Below are positions 1 through 12,423 of a DNA stretch of 64,000 bases, piece after piece. Source of the DNA: Phoronis australis (taxonomy: Eukaryota; Animalia; Phoronida). Position numbers and translations under genes: made by a program. The notes beneath the pieces were generated by a model. The model worked only from the letters and a program-made list of their open reading frames with translations. It did not search any database and was not told the DNA's origin. Where the stretch lies: positions 314,307-378,306 of the forward strand of contig NMRA01000382.1 of the NCBI GenBank assembly GCA_002633005.1, in the 5' to 3' direction. Each line of letters opens with the position of its first letter. The first letter of the stretch is position 1.

Positions 1-1972
1 GTATGGGAACTATCTTTTGCAAGTATGTTCGAATTTTTTTGTCTGCCCGTGGGCCATCTGGTATGTCTTGCGGCACTATTTGCTTTCTACGTCAACACAT
101 TTTGTGTTCACGTCATCACTACAGCTGTACATGCTTTGACGCTTTGCTTGCCGCGGCGAATGGCACTGGTAGAATTCACGGTTTATTCGATTGCCGTGGA
201 TTTTCTGGTGTCATACATTGCGGCCCTTGCTTACAACACTGTGCGCATGTTTCCGTTCTCGTTTCTGTTCGCTTTATTTGCACCATTGGATTTTGTTTTA
301 CCTCATTCTCTCACGAATTGTTCCTGCTGAGCGCTTATTTACGTCCACTATTTCATTTTCTTACGTCGCCTCGACCTACAATCTCTTCGATCTTTGAGTA
401 AATTTAATCTGCTAACAGTCGCAATCCATTATGAAATGTGTTTGCCGTTCTCGCTAGTTCCTGATGGTGAGGAAGTTTTGTGGTGCTGGTGCCTTAAGTA
501 GTCGTTGATTCCGAACCATTCATCGCTCACAACGGCATATAGATGCGAAGGGTAAATTCGCACCATGATATCCGAAGAGGGCGTTCAATCCAAAATATCT
601 TCGGAGATCTAACTTGTTGCTCCAACATTTTGTGTCTAACGCGCGCGAATGTCTCCGGTTTGAACAGTTCTTGGCACTGGTAGAATTCACTGAGTAAATC
701 TGACTTTCAGTGATTCCGCGGTGTCAAATACTGAGCACCATTTTCACTGTTCGGTTGGGTTCTTTTGTCGCATTAGGTCTTTTAAAGCTGAAAGGGATAT
801 TTTGCAGTTGTTAAACTGTCAAATTTATGTTCTTAACCGAAGCGCTTCCGGGTTTATAAACATTACGTCTCTCATCCAGAATTGCTGCCGAATGTGCCGG
901 CACCTTTAGCAGTACATGTGTCATTTGCGAAATCACTTTATACATGTAGGGTTGGCCAACTCCAGTAAACTATGGGGCGTAATCTCGATACTTGATTGGC
1001 TGGGTGTCTCTGTGTTCTTGCTGGTAACGGCAATAGAATCTATTCCTGGTTGGAAATTTTAACATTGGTTTATGAGAATGAAAGCTGTTTCGATGTCTCA
1101 TCTGCTGTTGGTTTCATGGAGAGAAGTTCTTTTGAAAAGTTCATATCATAGCATTGTCAAATCGGTGAGTGGGAGTCGTGGAAGGGGACAGTTTACGTGG
1201 GGTAGGAAACAACCTTACACGTCATTGGTTGAAACGCTTGTAGCTCAAACTCGATCATTTCTTCTCGTTTCAGGACCGGTTAATTCCTTACAACTGAAGA
1301 AACGATGTCTAACCTTTGCTTGGGCTTACACCTAGAGGCTCATTCAAAGTTGATTATAACAGTCCGAACCCTCATCATCCAGTGCAATTCCAATGTTTTG
1401 TTATTAATGGTGTCTGTACTAGTAAAGAGCACAACTGTTATTTAGCTGAGGCAGGTGTTGTTTTCTTTTATAACATTAAACGGGTTAGAACCTTAAGTTA
1501 CATAATCGGCGACAAAGAAGCATGAATGAATGCCCATCCGCTGTGTTTTATGACTTCATTACAAAACGCAAATTCTTACATTTGCATGTCTTATATTCAA
1601 CGAAATCAAAGGTGGTGACTTTATTGGTTAAAAGGCCTTAAAATACTCTCGCCATTTGTCGAGGGGGGGGGTCATATCTTGCAGCATAGCCCAAGACTGC
1701 GATGGCAGGGTTTTTGCAGAACAGATATTGCGAAGAGGCTCATCTCTGGAAAATGTTCTCGCCCATAACTTTCCTTTGGTGGGTCCTTATTGACAAGTTT
1801 GCCCGTTTAGCCAAATAAGAACGCTGCTGTTTTATATAGTTAGCTGTTCTGGTCAAAGTTAACTGCAAAATGTTAAACAGTTTTAAGTTGTTTGAGGTCA
1901 GTTTTCTTGAGTATGGAGGATAAAATGATTGCACATTTTTGTGCTAATCCACCTACCTGCTTAAAAAATCCA

Positions 1973-3335
1973 TACTCCACATTACAAAAACATAGCATGT
2001 GAACACTGCATTTTTAAACTTAAGAAGTACAGTGTTTTGAATTAAAAATTATAAGGACGTTGGAGGGGAATGACTGTGCTTTATTACATTTTGTTCCCGT
2101 TGTTCCCTTCTCGAACTAAAACTAAGATGATGTATTGTGAACATGTATTATTGAACACGTATATAAACATAACAATATGAACGTAAATTTACAATTTCAT
2201 AACACAATATCATATTTATGGCAAGATAAGGGGCTGTAAACAAGACGTGCGTTGATTCCAAGCAAATCGGCATTGTGCGTTCGTGGCCGGGTGAGCATCG
2301 CATGAGTAAATTAATCTAAATGCATCATTAGCGCCATCTATTGAATTCCGAGCTCATAAGTCAAAATAGCGTCAAAGAATCTAGGCATTTCAAAGCGGCA
2401 TTACACTCTCGTTTTCCTCCAAAAAGAAGCTAAGCTCCCCAATCGAGAGCTCTTAAGCACTGACGTGCGACGTCTTTCAATTTTTGATAAAGTAGGGACA
2501 AATGTGAACACAAAATCTTGGTGCTGCTATTGCACCTCTTTGCCTTTTAAGTCGTACATCATAACTTGACCACGGACTCTGAATCCTACGTAACCTGAAC
2601 TGGAATTGAAGTTGTTCGATTCTTGAACAAAATGCACCATGAGAATACAATGTNTACTCCACATTACAAAAACATTGCATGTGAACACTGCATTTTTAAA
2701 CTTAAGAAGTACAGTGTTTTGAACTAAAAATTATAAGGACGTTGGAGGGGAATGACTGTGCTTTATTACATTTTGTTCCCGTTGTTCCCTTCTCGAACTA
2801 AAACTAAGGTGATGTATTGCGAACATGTATTATTGAACACGTATACAAACATAACAATATGAACGTAAATTTACAATTTCATAACACAATATTATATTTA
2901 TGGCAAGATAAGGGGCTGTAAACAAGACGTGCGTTGATTCCAAGCAAATCGGCATTGTGCGTTCGTGGCCGGGTGAGCATCGCATGAGTAAATTAATCTA
3001 AATGCATCATTAGCGCCATCTATTGAATTCCGAGCTCATAAGTCAAAATAGCGTCAAAGAATCTAGGCATTTCAAAGCGGCATTACACTCTCGTTTTCCT
3101 CCAAAAAGAAGCTAAGCTCCCCAATCGAGAGCTCTTAAGCACTGACGTGCGACGTCTTTCAATTTTTGATAAAGTAGGGACAAATGTGAACACAAAATCT
3201 TGGTGCTGCTATTGCACCTCTTTGCCTTTTAAGTCGTACATCATAACTTGACCACGGACTCTGAATCCTACGTAACCTGAACTGGAATTGAAGTTGTTCG
3301 ATTCTTGAACAAAATGCACCATGAGAATACAATGT
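1973..3335. repeat. ~680-bp near-identical direct duplication joined at a single n (2654)
   Basis: 1973-2653 is repeated at 2655-3335 with only a handful of substitutions. Confidence 0.95.
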
Positions 3336-3538
3336 ACATCGTGAAGAAAGTATTGAATTCCTAACGACGCGAAATCCAGTGTACTTTCTCGAAGCACCGA
3401 CAACCAATGTAGTATTTCAGGCAAGATACACGGTAATTGGTTGCTTGTGCGCGTTGCGCAAAAAATGAAATGTATCTCTATTTATGAGAACTCTTCTGGG
3501 GAAAACCCCCACACCCCTTTACTACCTGGATGCCTGAC

Positions 3539-3544
3539 TTTATT
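3539..3544 (-). promoter_or_regulatory. Candidate polyadenylation signal of the TPR gene
   Basis: AATAAA on the minus strand ~210 nt after the predicted stop. Confidence 0.35.
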
Positions 3545-3754
3545 GAGGTAGAAAATAGTCACCGATGCTTGAAGCTTACATTGTGTTAGACTGTTGTGGA
3601 GGAGTGCAGCGTACAGAATTCAAAATGGTGTTGATGCATGTCATCGGAATAGCTGAATCTTGATACAGATCCAGAATTCGCCAAGTTTGATGTTGTCTTT
3701 CAATGCAAAGAGCCTCGGTCACGGTGGCTTGTCAAAGGGATGAGCATGGTAACT

Positions 3755-6700
3755 CTAATAAAATGGCGGAGAAAACTGTTTGGGGGGAACATCCGGCACA
3801 GGCAACTTGTCTCCAATCCATGGTCTGAAAAAGTTTTTAAAAATGTTGGTTGGTTAACATGTTCGACGTTATTGCAAACCTCTTTCAGCCAGATCAGCAA
3901 ATCACCAGTTGGCCACAACACCTGACCTTATGCATTTGTCTTCTTGAAACAGCTCAAAATGAGTAAATGCGACGCCTGGACTGCATTCCGTAGAGACAAA
4001 ATCTTGCGAGTAAAGAAAGGGAGATCACGTGCACTGCTCAACAATCTCTCGAACTCTTGCGTGATTTTGCATTTAGGCGAGATTCTTGGGTCTACTGTAC
4101 GGAACGCTCTTGGGGCTGATGCGCCAATCAAAAATGGCGGAGAACACAGGTGTCAATCAAGACCTCTGACGTAACCTGTGATTTATATAATAAAAGGTGA
4201 ACCTTGTAAACTTAGGAGCTTATTGTGTTAAAAACCAACGATTTTACATTTTTTTCAGAAGCTCCAAAGCTCTTTAGAGGTTGACTTCAAAACAGCACTA
4301 TTTTGGCGGAAGCTTGCCGACCCGCTTAGCCTGTTCACAAAATAGTTGGAAATCTACACTTTGATTTATTAACACGATTATATTTCATCCACCCGAAATC
4401 TCCATCGTTGCTACGACAGGAAAGGACCGGTAGGAATTTAACAAGAGCAAACCAAATTATTGTTATATGTGCGGGCAATTTATTTGACATTTTTACCTGT
4501 AATACACGCGCGGGGCATCCAGCGAGACAGCTTGGAACACCTGAAATAAAAAAGAACAGTTCTGAAAAATCAGTCCAAATTTTTTGTACTTTTGATTTTT
4601 AAAATTGCAATGTCAGCTGATCTATATTTCCATTATAATCAACTCTAAATGTTCTTTCAGATAAAAGTGGTGCGTTTTTAAAACATTTCTTTCGTGAAAA
4701 AATCCCAACTGTAACTGTACAGTGCTTGGAATTGGGTTTTGGATGTGTTCGCTGCATATTTTTGTTGGTTCAATGTGTTTTTACATAGTTATCTAAATTA
4801 AATACACATTACATAACCCACGAAAACTTAAAAGGGACAATAAACCTCGGCCTTCGATCGACAAACAAATTTGATTGTGACCACATATCTTTTAAAAAAT
4901 CGGTCTTATCTTGTCCCTTACTCAAGATTAAAGATGATTGAGAAGAACTATCAAGTCATTACTGTATCAGGAGAGGTCCATAAAACTGCTTGTCACGGCG
5001 GGTTAGTCAAAGCCGCCAACGGTGTAGTATGACACTCAAGAAAAGTCAAAGAGATTTTTGTAACCTTTTTTCTGTTAAACTAAGGAATAAGAACGCTGAG
5101 TGTGACGACAGCTGGTTAACTTATCTCTAGTATAAGACATTAGAGGATTTCAGAGCAATTTTCCGATGTTGTGGCGACAGTGTGAAATTCGGCTTGTCGC
5201 TAATGTACATGGCTATACCGTGACATGATAATGACAGCGTTCTGCATTCTTGTATGTATTTAACGCAGTGGGATAATTTCCCCAGCATTTTATATAAATT
5301 TTATCCCCTGTCCTGGTTTCAAATTACTATGCTATTGTAGTGCGGCTAGATATTCGAACGATTCACACAATTTTTCCTTTTCTTCGTGACTTAAACGCAG
5401 TATTTTTTTACGTTAGTTACAAACCGGCATCGTTCCGTAGTCCTTCTTTGGCTGACGTGGCACCGATCTCGAAACGGTCACTATTTCGGTACAGATTGTA
5501 CTTTGAGATCTCCGTCCATTCGCCCTCTGTTGGAAGCCAGAAGAGAAGTCCGTGGAGACAGTATTTGATGAAGGCATTATCACAATTTGGGTTGAGCTTG
5601 GAGTGCCAGAGATTTTTCGGGAAAGAGGTGCCGGGGATTCGTTCCTGCTTCTACCACTAGGCGTCATTGACATGCTTGTTCGAGATCTTGTGGACAGCAA
5701 CTCGGCTTTCTGGCGATCTTTTTCTTGCTTTGTTAGCAAATCTGTTTAAAATCAATTTGGCTTCTATCACCAATGCCATCAAATGAAAAGGAATAAAACA
5801 TGATATTTCTGCATAGTAAATCAATGCATCGTCAAGCCTAAAACTGAACGTCATATTTATTATAATCTTCAGTATCAAATATTTGCCTCCCAATACCATC
5901 AGATTGAACGAAAATTGCGCACTAAATGCAACTGTTAATGTTTTGAGGTCACTAACTTGGAAGTCAAACCTCAAAGTACATGTGTACATAATTATGCTGA
6001 TAAAAATTCAGTTTTACATATCTGTGACAGAGAGACTTTCACTAATAAGCTAAAAACAGCCATCAGAATAGTACTTCAGAAATTTCTGTAAATTCAAATG
6101 ACTGGCCAGTGAGCATGAACCGACCTAGAAATTGTTGCGCCGTTTGAGGGCGCGCGTTGTGCTTCCGTACAGACTCCCCATAACGCATTCGCCGTGCGTG
6201 TGCGTCTGTTAGGTGTTGAGTTGGGGTTCCACAGCGAAATGCCCGGCGTTTTCCAGAGTTCTTGTATGTAGAAGTTTCGTTACCTAAAATGAAAATTAGC
6301 AGGTTTTCACACAAAAAGGGGAGAACCGACTTCAAATCACCAAGTGAGAAATATTCGCTTCAACAGGCGAAAAAGGCTGCTTTCAATTCAAAAAACGAAG
6401 AAAAATATAACTCGTATTAATAATATACACTGCAATGCACCTGGTGTGCGTTTCTAGTAACAACAGTGGTTGATGCATATTACATATAGATCTCGAGACT
6501 ATACTAAAGCCATCAATATGATGCATCGGTCTTGTCACGTCGTTACTACCAACGGGAGGCAAAAGTGGTAGCTCTAAACCTTTAGAGCCATTTTAGCCAA
6601 AGCAATATGTCAATGCGATACTTGATCAAAATCAAAAATACCTGATTTCGGTTGAGAATCATCGTCCTGGTTCATATTTATTGCAACTATGTTATGTGGC

Positions 6701-9700
6701 ACGTTCAGAGAGTATAAAAATCTGAAATCAAAGAGTTCCAGTGAATACAGATCAAAATTGGAGGTCAGCATCACGTGTTGATGAAAAAGGTCGTGGTTGT
6801 CTGTGGTTCTCAAATGACATTCTACTTTAAGTGACACCTCACCGATACCCTTTTCATACATGTATTTATAAAGCAAGTTTAAGATGTAGTTGGACGAACC
6901 TAATGGCAAACATCGCCTGACAAACTCTCCTTTAATTCAAAGAATGTCGTATACTATCATGTACACGAATTTCCTTTGTTTAAATTACGTAATCATATAC
7001 TGTTCTCGTTTTTGAGCCCGATTTTAGACCGATAACGGATGCATAAACAACGCTCTCATTTGCTGTCGGTGACTTGTTGTTCCGTGGCAATACACGCCAA
7101 CAGACATAACCATCTTGCAGGACTATTAAGAACGACAATCAACAGCAAGAATAATCTCGTGAACTACGTGGCTTCTCACGCATACATGTATATCGTTGGG
7201 TTACGTGTTATCGGTGTGAATACGCTGGCCCGAGACAATACAAAACGATGTAAAGTTCTGAGTGTACATGAATCTCCCTCAAACCTTGCCATTTTTTGTT
7301 TACACACCAAGGGACGAAAACACCAATTCCACAAATCCAAAACCACTAGAGACCTATAGACGATATTTGAGAGGGCAGTGAATTGGAATAGTAAACGGAG
7401 TCTGTAACTAAACCGGCAAACTACGGACCAGAGTACATGGCACGCCCCTACCAACCCCTCACTCATTCTTGACAATGACCCCGCGGCATTTACCTGTCGT
7501 AGAACTTGATAATGTTAGGGTCGTAGAAGCTTTCCACGTTCAAGAACGCCTGACAGTCTGGACTAATGCTTATTGCCTGAAACACAGTGTCCATTGTGAT
7601 ACGATTATCAAGAATTAAACATAAAGCATTGCGACTTGAGTCACAGTACCTGCAGGATTACGCCTGATGTGGCGCATCCTATTGTTGGTGCCAGGCATCC
7701 AGTCTCGGAAATGTTGGACTTCTTACGACGCATGCTCATAGTGATCTCTTTGCCTTCTGAATTCCAAAAACAAACCCATTTATTCTGATTTGAAGGCAAT
7801 GAGAAAGTTGTCGAAAAGAAAATGTAACCTAAATTGACTATTTGGGGTAAACATTTAACGTGAACGTGCATGTGATACTTTTAGGTTGTTTTTCTCTATT
7901 TTTATGAATTTTGTATCCTCTATTTTGAGAACTCAAAACAAATGGACTCGAATGAAAAGCATTCACTGCTGTAAAGACTGTTCTTCAATGTTTATTTTTT
8001 TGATTTTATATCAACTAGCTGTCAATAATCTAATTATTTAACTTCAGCCTTTAAACATATACAGGATATTACAAAACGTCCATCATTTTCTTACTTTATT
8101 ATGGTCCTTATTTTCGGCCTTGGTACTCCATTCCGGAACATTTTCGTGCTTTTCCTAAAAATAAATACACGATGACTTTAATCAATGAACTTACTTAATT
8201 ATTACGTTGTTAAAACAAATGAAAGATAAATTCGTGTTTGCAGTCGTAGCTGGCAATATCAGCCTCCCGTTCAGTAACGCTAGGACCTCACTAAAAAGCA
8301 AGACTTCGAGAGATTACGTGATATATTGTCGTGTATTTCAAATTAGAACACGTGACTTTGACTAGATTTTAGCTAGGTCCTAGCCCGCGGTAATTCCTAG
8401 CGTCTACTGAACGCACGCTGTTGTATAACTAACTTACTTCCGGTTTGACGAGACATCCTCGGAGAATTAGGGCACAAATGTGACTTGAGTTCAGTGACAA
8501 CGCCCGGGTCAGGTCGCGTACTGCCTGTCAATAAAAACAAGTTCGCCTGGTAATACGTGGATCTAAAAAGTATACATTTCTTCAGTGATTTTCAAAGTAC
8601 AGTGGTTGGTTGCCGAGTAGGTACTGTACTAAACCACAAGACAAAGAATTAACGAGACTGGTCCCTTCAAACTGATTTAAACCTTATGCTATTCCATATT
8701 CACGGATAGCCTTCTTAATGCTAATAGCCGGGATCATTCATAAACTCTATCACGAACATCAAAAAAAGATCAGTGACCTTCGTGCACAATTTTATGTAAA
8801 AAACCATGCTGGTCAATTTCGTCACTTTTAGTTCCCCTTTCACAATGCACGATCCCAGTTTTTCGATTTTTGTCACAGAATGTCAAAACTTATGTCCCTG
8901 TGAAAATCTGACATTCTAGTTTTGGACTCACCTCTCTCTTGTTTCCAAAGGAGTTGTTTACGAGAGCACGAACACAGAAGGCGTCCTGCAAAAGTTGAGA
9001 CAGTATATGGTACGTGTAATAATCATAAAGTCGGAGTGATGTTGCGCTAATGACATCTTTATGTAGATAACAACACAGTGCAGATCATGCAGACCTGATG
9101 CATTTCGTTGTCTTCAAACGAGCAATAACTTTGTGCGGCAACGCTTTAAATGGACACAAGAGGTTTTTGTGGCGAAAACTACACATTTTGGGCGTTAATT
9201 TGAAAATAGTTAATTTTTTGAAGTTACAAGCAAAATGGTTTGTTTTTGGGATTTTATTATAAACCACTTCGGGTGTGCTTGATAACTGCGCATGTTTAAA
9301 CTTCAATCATAACAGCAAGTCAAGTGCCTCTGAAAAAGGAGAATGCCGTCGAAGGCATCGAGAACGGGATGCCCTAACTTTGCTAAATACGAGGCCATTT
9401 CTGAACACTTGAAATGTAAGTCAACCAAGGTACGGCATTAAAGCATTATTGTGTTTTTAACTTACTGGATTTCTTGCGTCGAGAACTACTGCTTTCTCGG
9501 CGTCAGACAAGGCGTTCTTCAGATTTCCAAGTTTCGTGAAAGCGAAAGCTCGTCGAGTGTGAAGTGGGGTCATGAGACAAGATTTTGATTGACAGCCAGC
9601 CGCACAGCCATTCTAAGGAAAAAACAAGTACATGTAAGAAACTCAGTGATCCTACCCTTTCTCACTCCGCCCACTCAACATTAAGAAAAGCAATATTCAC

Positions 9701-12423
9701 ATGATTGTGTGCCAGAGCTTTGCTTCATGATAAGTGACTTAGACTTAATTCACAAATTTAGTCTTATGCCCTAGACAACTATTTCTGCTGATGAAATTTC
9801 ACCTGAGAAAAAGTGTCAAGCTCCTTAGACTACAAACGTACAGTAGCTGTTACATTAGTTACTGAAAAAAATTATAAATTACTTCTAGACCGTGACCGCG
9901 TTCATAATTACTTGACGGGTTCGACCACAAATTTCTGTCTTAAGTGTGAAGATACTGTTATGACTGAACCCCTGCTCAGCGGGGTCAACCGGATTTGACT
10001 TTTGTTTGGTTTTTGAGCTGGAAGTCCTAATAAAGAAATGTAATGGAAGGACAAACTCGTCTGAACCACCATCATAAATCAACTTCATTCCGTTGCAGTC
10101 ATATCTCACCTTTCGAATAAATACTGAATCAATGGCCTTCTGGTACGACGCTACCGCCGCCTGGTGGTCTCCTAGATGCTGTTGGGCGCCACCCAGGTGA
10201 TAATAGACCTCATAGAGCTGGAAAGAAGATTGCGGATAATTTTCTATTAACTTTGGCTGATTTCGTGGGAGTCGTAATGCAACCAGTTTGTTGTAAGAGG
10301 TTAATTTGTCATTAAGATGAAATAAAGCCAAGCTAGCCAACATATTTGAATCGATAATTCATATTTTACGGGTTAATGCTACAAGGGACGTCCAAATCAA
10401 AGTGAGCGAGATTCAAGCGCCAGTAAAACTTCAACCGACAGAAGACGTGCTTGATAAGCGTGATTACGTCAGATCCACCGCAACAAATTTCAAGTACCTT
10501 CAGCGATCACTGACAGAAATGCCAGGTGCTCAAGAACGACAACAATCGGGGGGGGGGGGCTCAGATCCAATTTCAAGTGTCAAATTCGGAACGCGGCTTA
10601 TTCGTAACGGAATGGGCTATCCCGCGATATCCCAGGCGACCGCCAGTGGCGCTGCGCACTACGACTCCGTTTCAGTCGTCTGCTCCACTGTGCAATGAAG
10701 AAATTTTACTTCATCAAAATGGAGCCTGAGTGACGATAAAAAAACAGAAGCTGTTGGTAAGATGTGAATTTTAATCAAAGCCTTAGTGAATCACTCAGAA
10801 ACTCATAATTCTCTCTTTGTCAAACCTTAACTTAAGACGATTTCCAAAGCAATCCCGTCATTACTGCCAACACGAAAAACGGATTTGGTCGTTTGGGCCT
10901 TTGAAGACTATTTTAAATACAACAAATTTGTTAAGAACCGATTGCAAAAAATATAAAACGTGTAATAAGCATTACAAAAAGAAGTAGGTTTCGCGCGCAA
11001 ACGCTGTGGACCATAAACAAGTAGGTCTCAGATTAGTAGTTAAATCGTGGTGGTGTAGTGGTAAAGCACGCGCACTCCAGTCGCCAGGTTGTGAGTTCGA
11101 ACCTCTGGTATCTTGTAGTTTTTTTTCTGTTTTACACGTTCTCCGTTTTTTCGTTTGCCTTTTTTCTTGGATAATACTTCAGGAATCAAGGAAATGCTGG
11201 ATTTTTAGAGGAAAATACAGGAAAAATTTCCTGGGCGGGAAAACCCCTCTCCCGACCTCCCCCCATTCGGTGCTATGCGCATCTACAATCGTGGTTTGCG
11301 CAAATGCTTACAGCCGGACAAAATGTTGGGTCCCCCTTTGCGATATCCTAGATCCGCCACTGTTATTCTGTTTATATTGAAGCAACTGAAAGAGCATCAT
11401 TTGAGAAAATGTTGTTTGCTTTTAGGCTTGGTTTATCAAATTTTAATGATGGAAAGCGGAAATAGAATTTTTGATTAATAAAATCCTTTGGATTCCAGCA
11501 GCGAAGTCACAAATGCAAGTAACTTAGAAACTCTTACCAGCATTCCGTAGCCGTCAGGAGGTCGATAACCACTTGGAAAGTGTTTGGAATTTAATACTTC
11601 TAATAGGTGGCGGTAGTTATCAACGACCTGTAATAGAGAGAGATGTGCGTGAATATATATATGTATGTTTAATTACCTGAAAATTGATCATTTTCGACAC
11701 TTCTGGGTTGAATTTCCTCACCGAATAACAAGTTGTTTTGCGTTAGGTGACCTACCGAAATACAAAGTATAATTGTGGCTGCTTTACGTCATACATCATT
11801 TAGTTGACCTGTTGAAAGTTGTAAAACACAACTGGTCCATGGCCGGCGGGCGTGCAACAAAGGTTGCCAATTTTTAAAGGGGTTATAAACCCAGGGTCGT
11901 CAGTTAGAAAAGGGTGTTTAATCTAGACCACTTACCGGTGAAAATAATTTTATATGTTCCGTTTCACTCAGACGAAAATTGGTTTCTGAGCTTGGAAACG
12001 GCTGACTGTTCGGTATTACCTGAGACTCCATGGCTGTCGCACTAAATGACACGCCGTTACAAGGCAATTAATGGTATTTATAACATATACGTAGTCCAAA
12101 GCAACAACGAAACTGTTGTTTCTTTCACAGTTTAGTGATAACCTATAATCTTAGAAAGGAACAAGTTGGGGCCAATTCATAGGCCTACACCTCGGCGTCG
12201 GGGAGTTGTAATCGCTTTTAGACAAATGTGTGAAAAACAATAATGTAATTGCTAATCTTGTTGTTATGCCAGATGCTCTGTTGCCTTATATGGACTATTT
12301 TTCAGTTCACTGCACAGTCAAACTCACTTTCTTCCATTTCTTACTCCGTTCATTCGTCATGGCCTGTCGGAGCAGCTCATTTGCCTTCAAGTTCAGCCCA
12401 TTCACAAATTCTTGCACGTGCAT
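3755..12423 (-). CDS. Uncharacterised tetratricopeptide-repeat (TPR) protein, ~464 aa, 13 coding exons
   Basis: Exons in transcript order: 12328-12423 (MHVQEFVNG...KKWKK; in-frame TAG upstream of the ATG), 11538-11627, 10110-10217 (LYEVYYHLGGAQQHLGDHQAAVASYQKAID, TPR-like), 9466-9612 (NGCAAGCQSKSCLMTPLHTRRAFAFTKLGNLKNALSDAEKAVVLDARNP), 8932-8985, 8438-8524 (AVRDLTRALSLNSSHICALILRG), 8095-8154, 7494-7576, 6642-6721, 6125-6283, 5425-5741, 4497-4540, 3755-3824 (RPWIGDKLPVPDVPPKQFSPPFY*). All introns are GT-AG, phases are compatible, total 1395 nt with no internal stop. The TPR call rests on the helix-pair spacing of small/aromatic residues. Confidence 0.85.
11046..11110 (+). mobile_element. tRNA-derived SINE-like head
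   Basis: A box TGGTGTAGTGGT and B box GAGTTCGAACC at tRNA spacing, but no paired acceptor stem. Confidence 0.5.
11235..11362 (-). mobile_element. Terminal part of a non-autonomous DNA-transposon-like repeat (end CAGTGGCGGATCTAGG)
   Basis: Its reverse complement aligns by eye over ~110 bp with 62775-62890 (CAGAAGCGGATCTAGGATA..GGGGG..CAACA..GATTG..CCGAA..TCGGG). Confidence 0.6.

Noticed and set aside
3-401. 132-aa and 101-aa + strand ORFs
   Set aside because: No recognisable domain, no splice context, and Cys/Phe-rich composition typical of spurious frames.
11046-11110. tRNA gene
   Set aside because: A and B boxes are present but there is no complementary acceptor stem or clean anticodon arm; it fits a SINE head.
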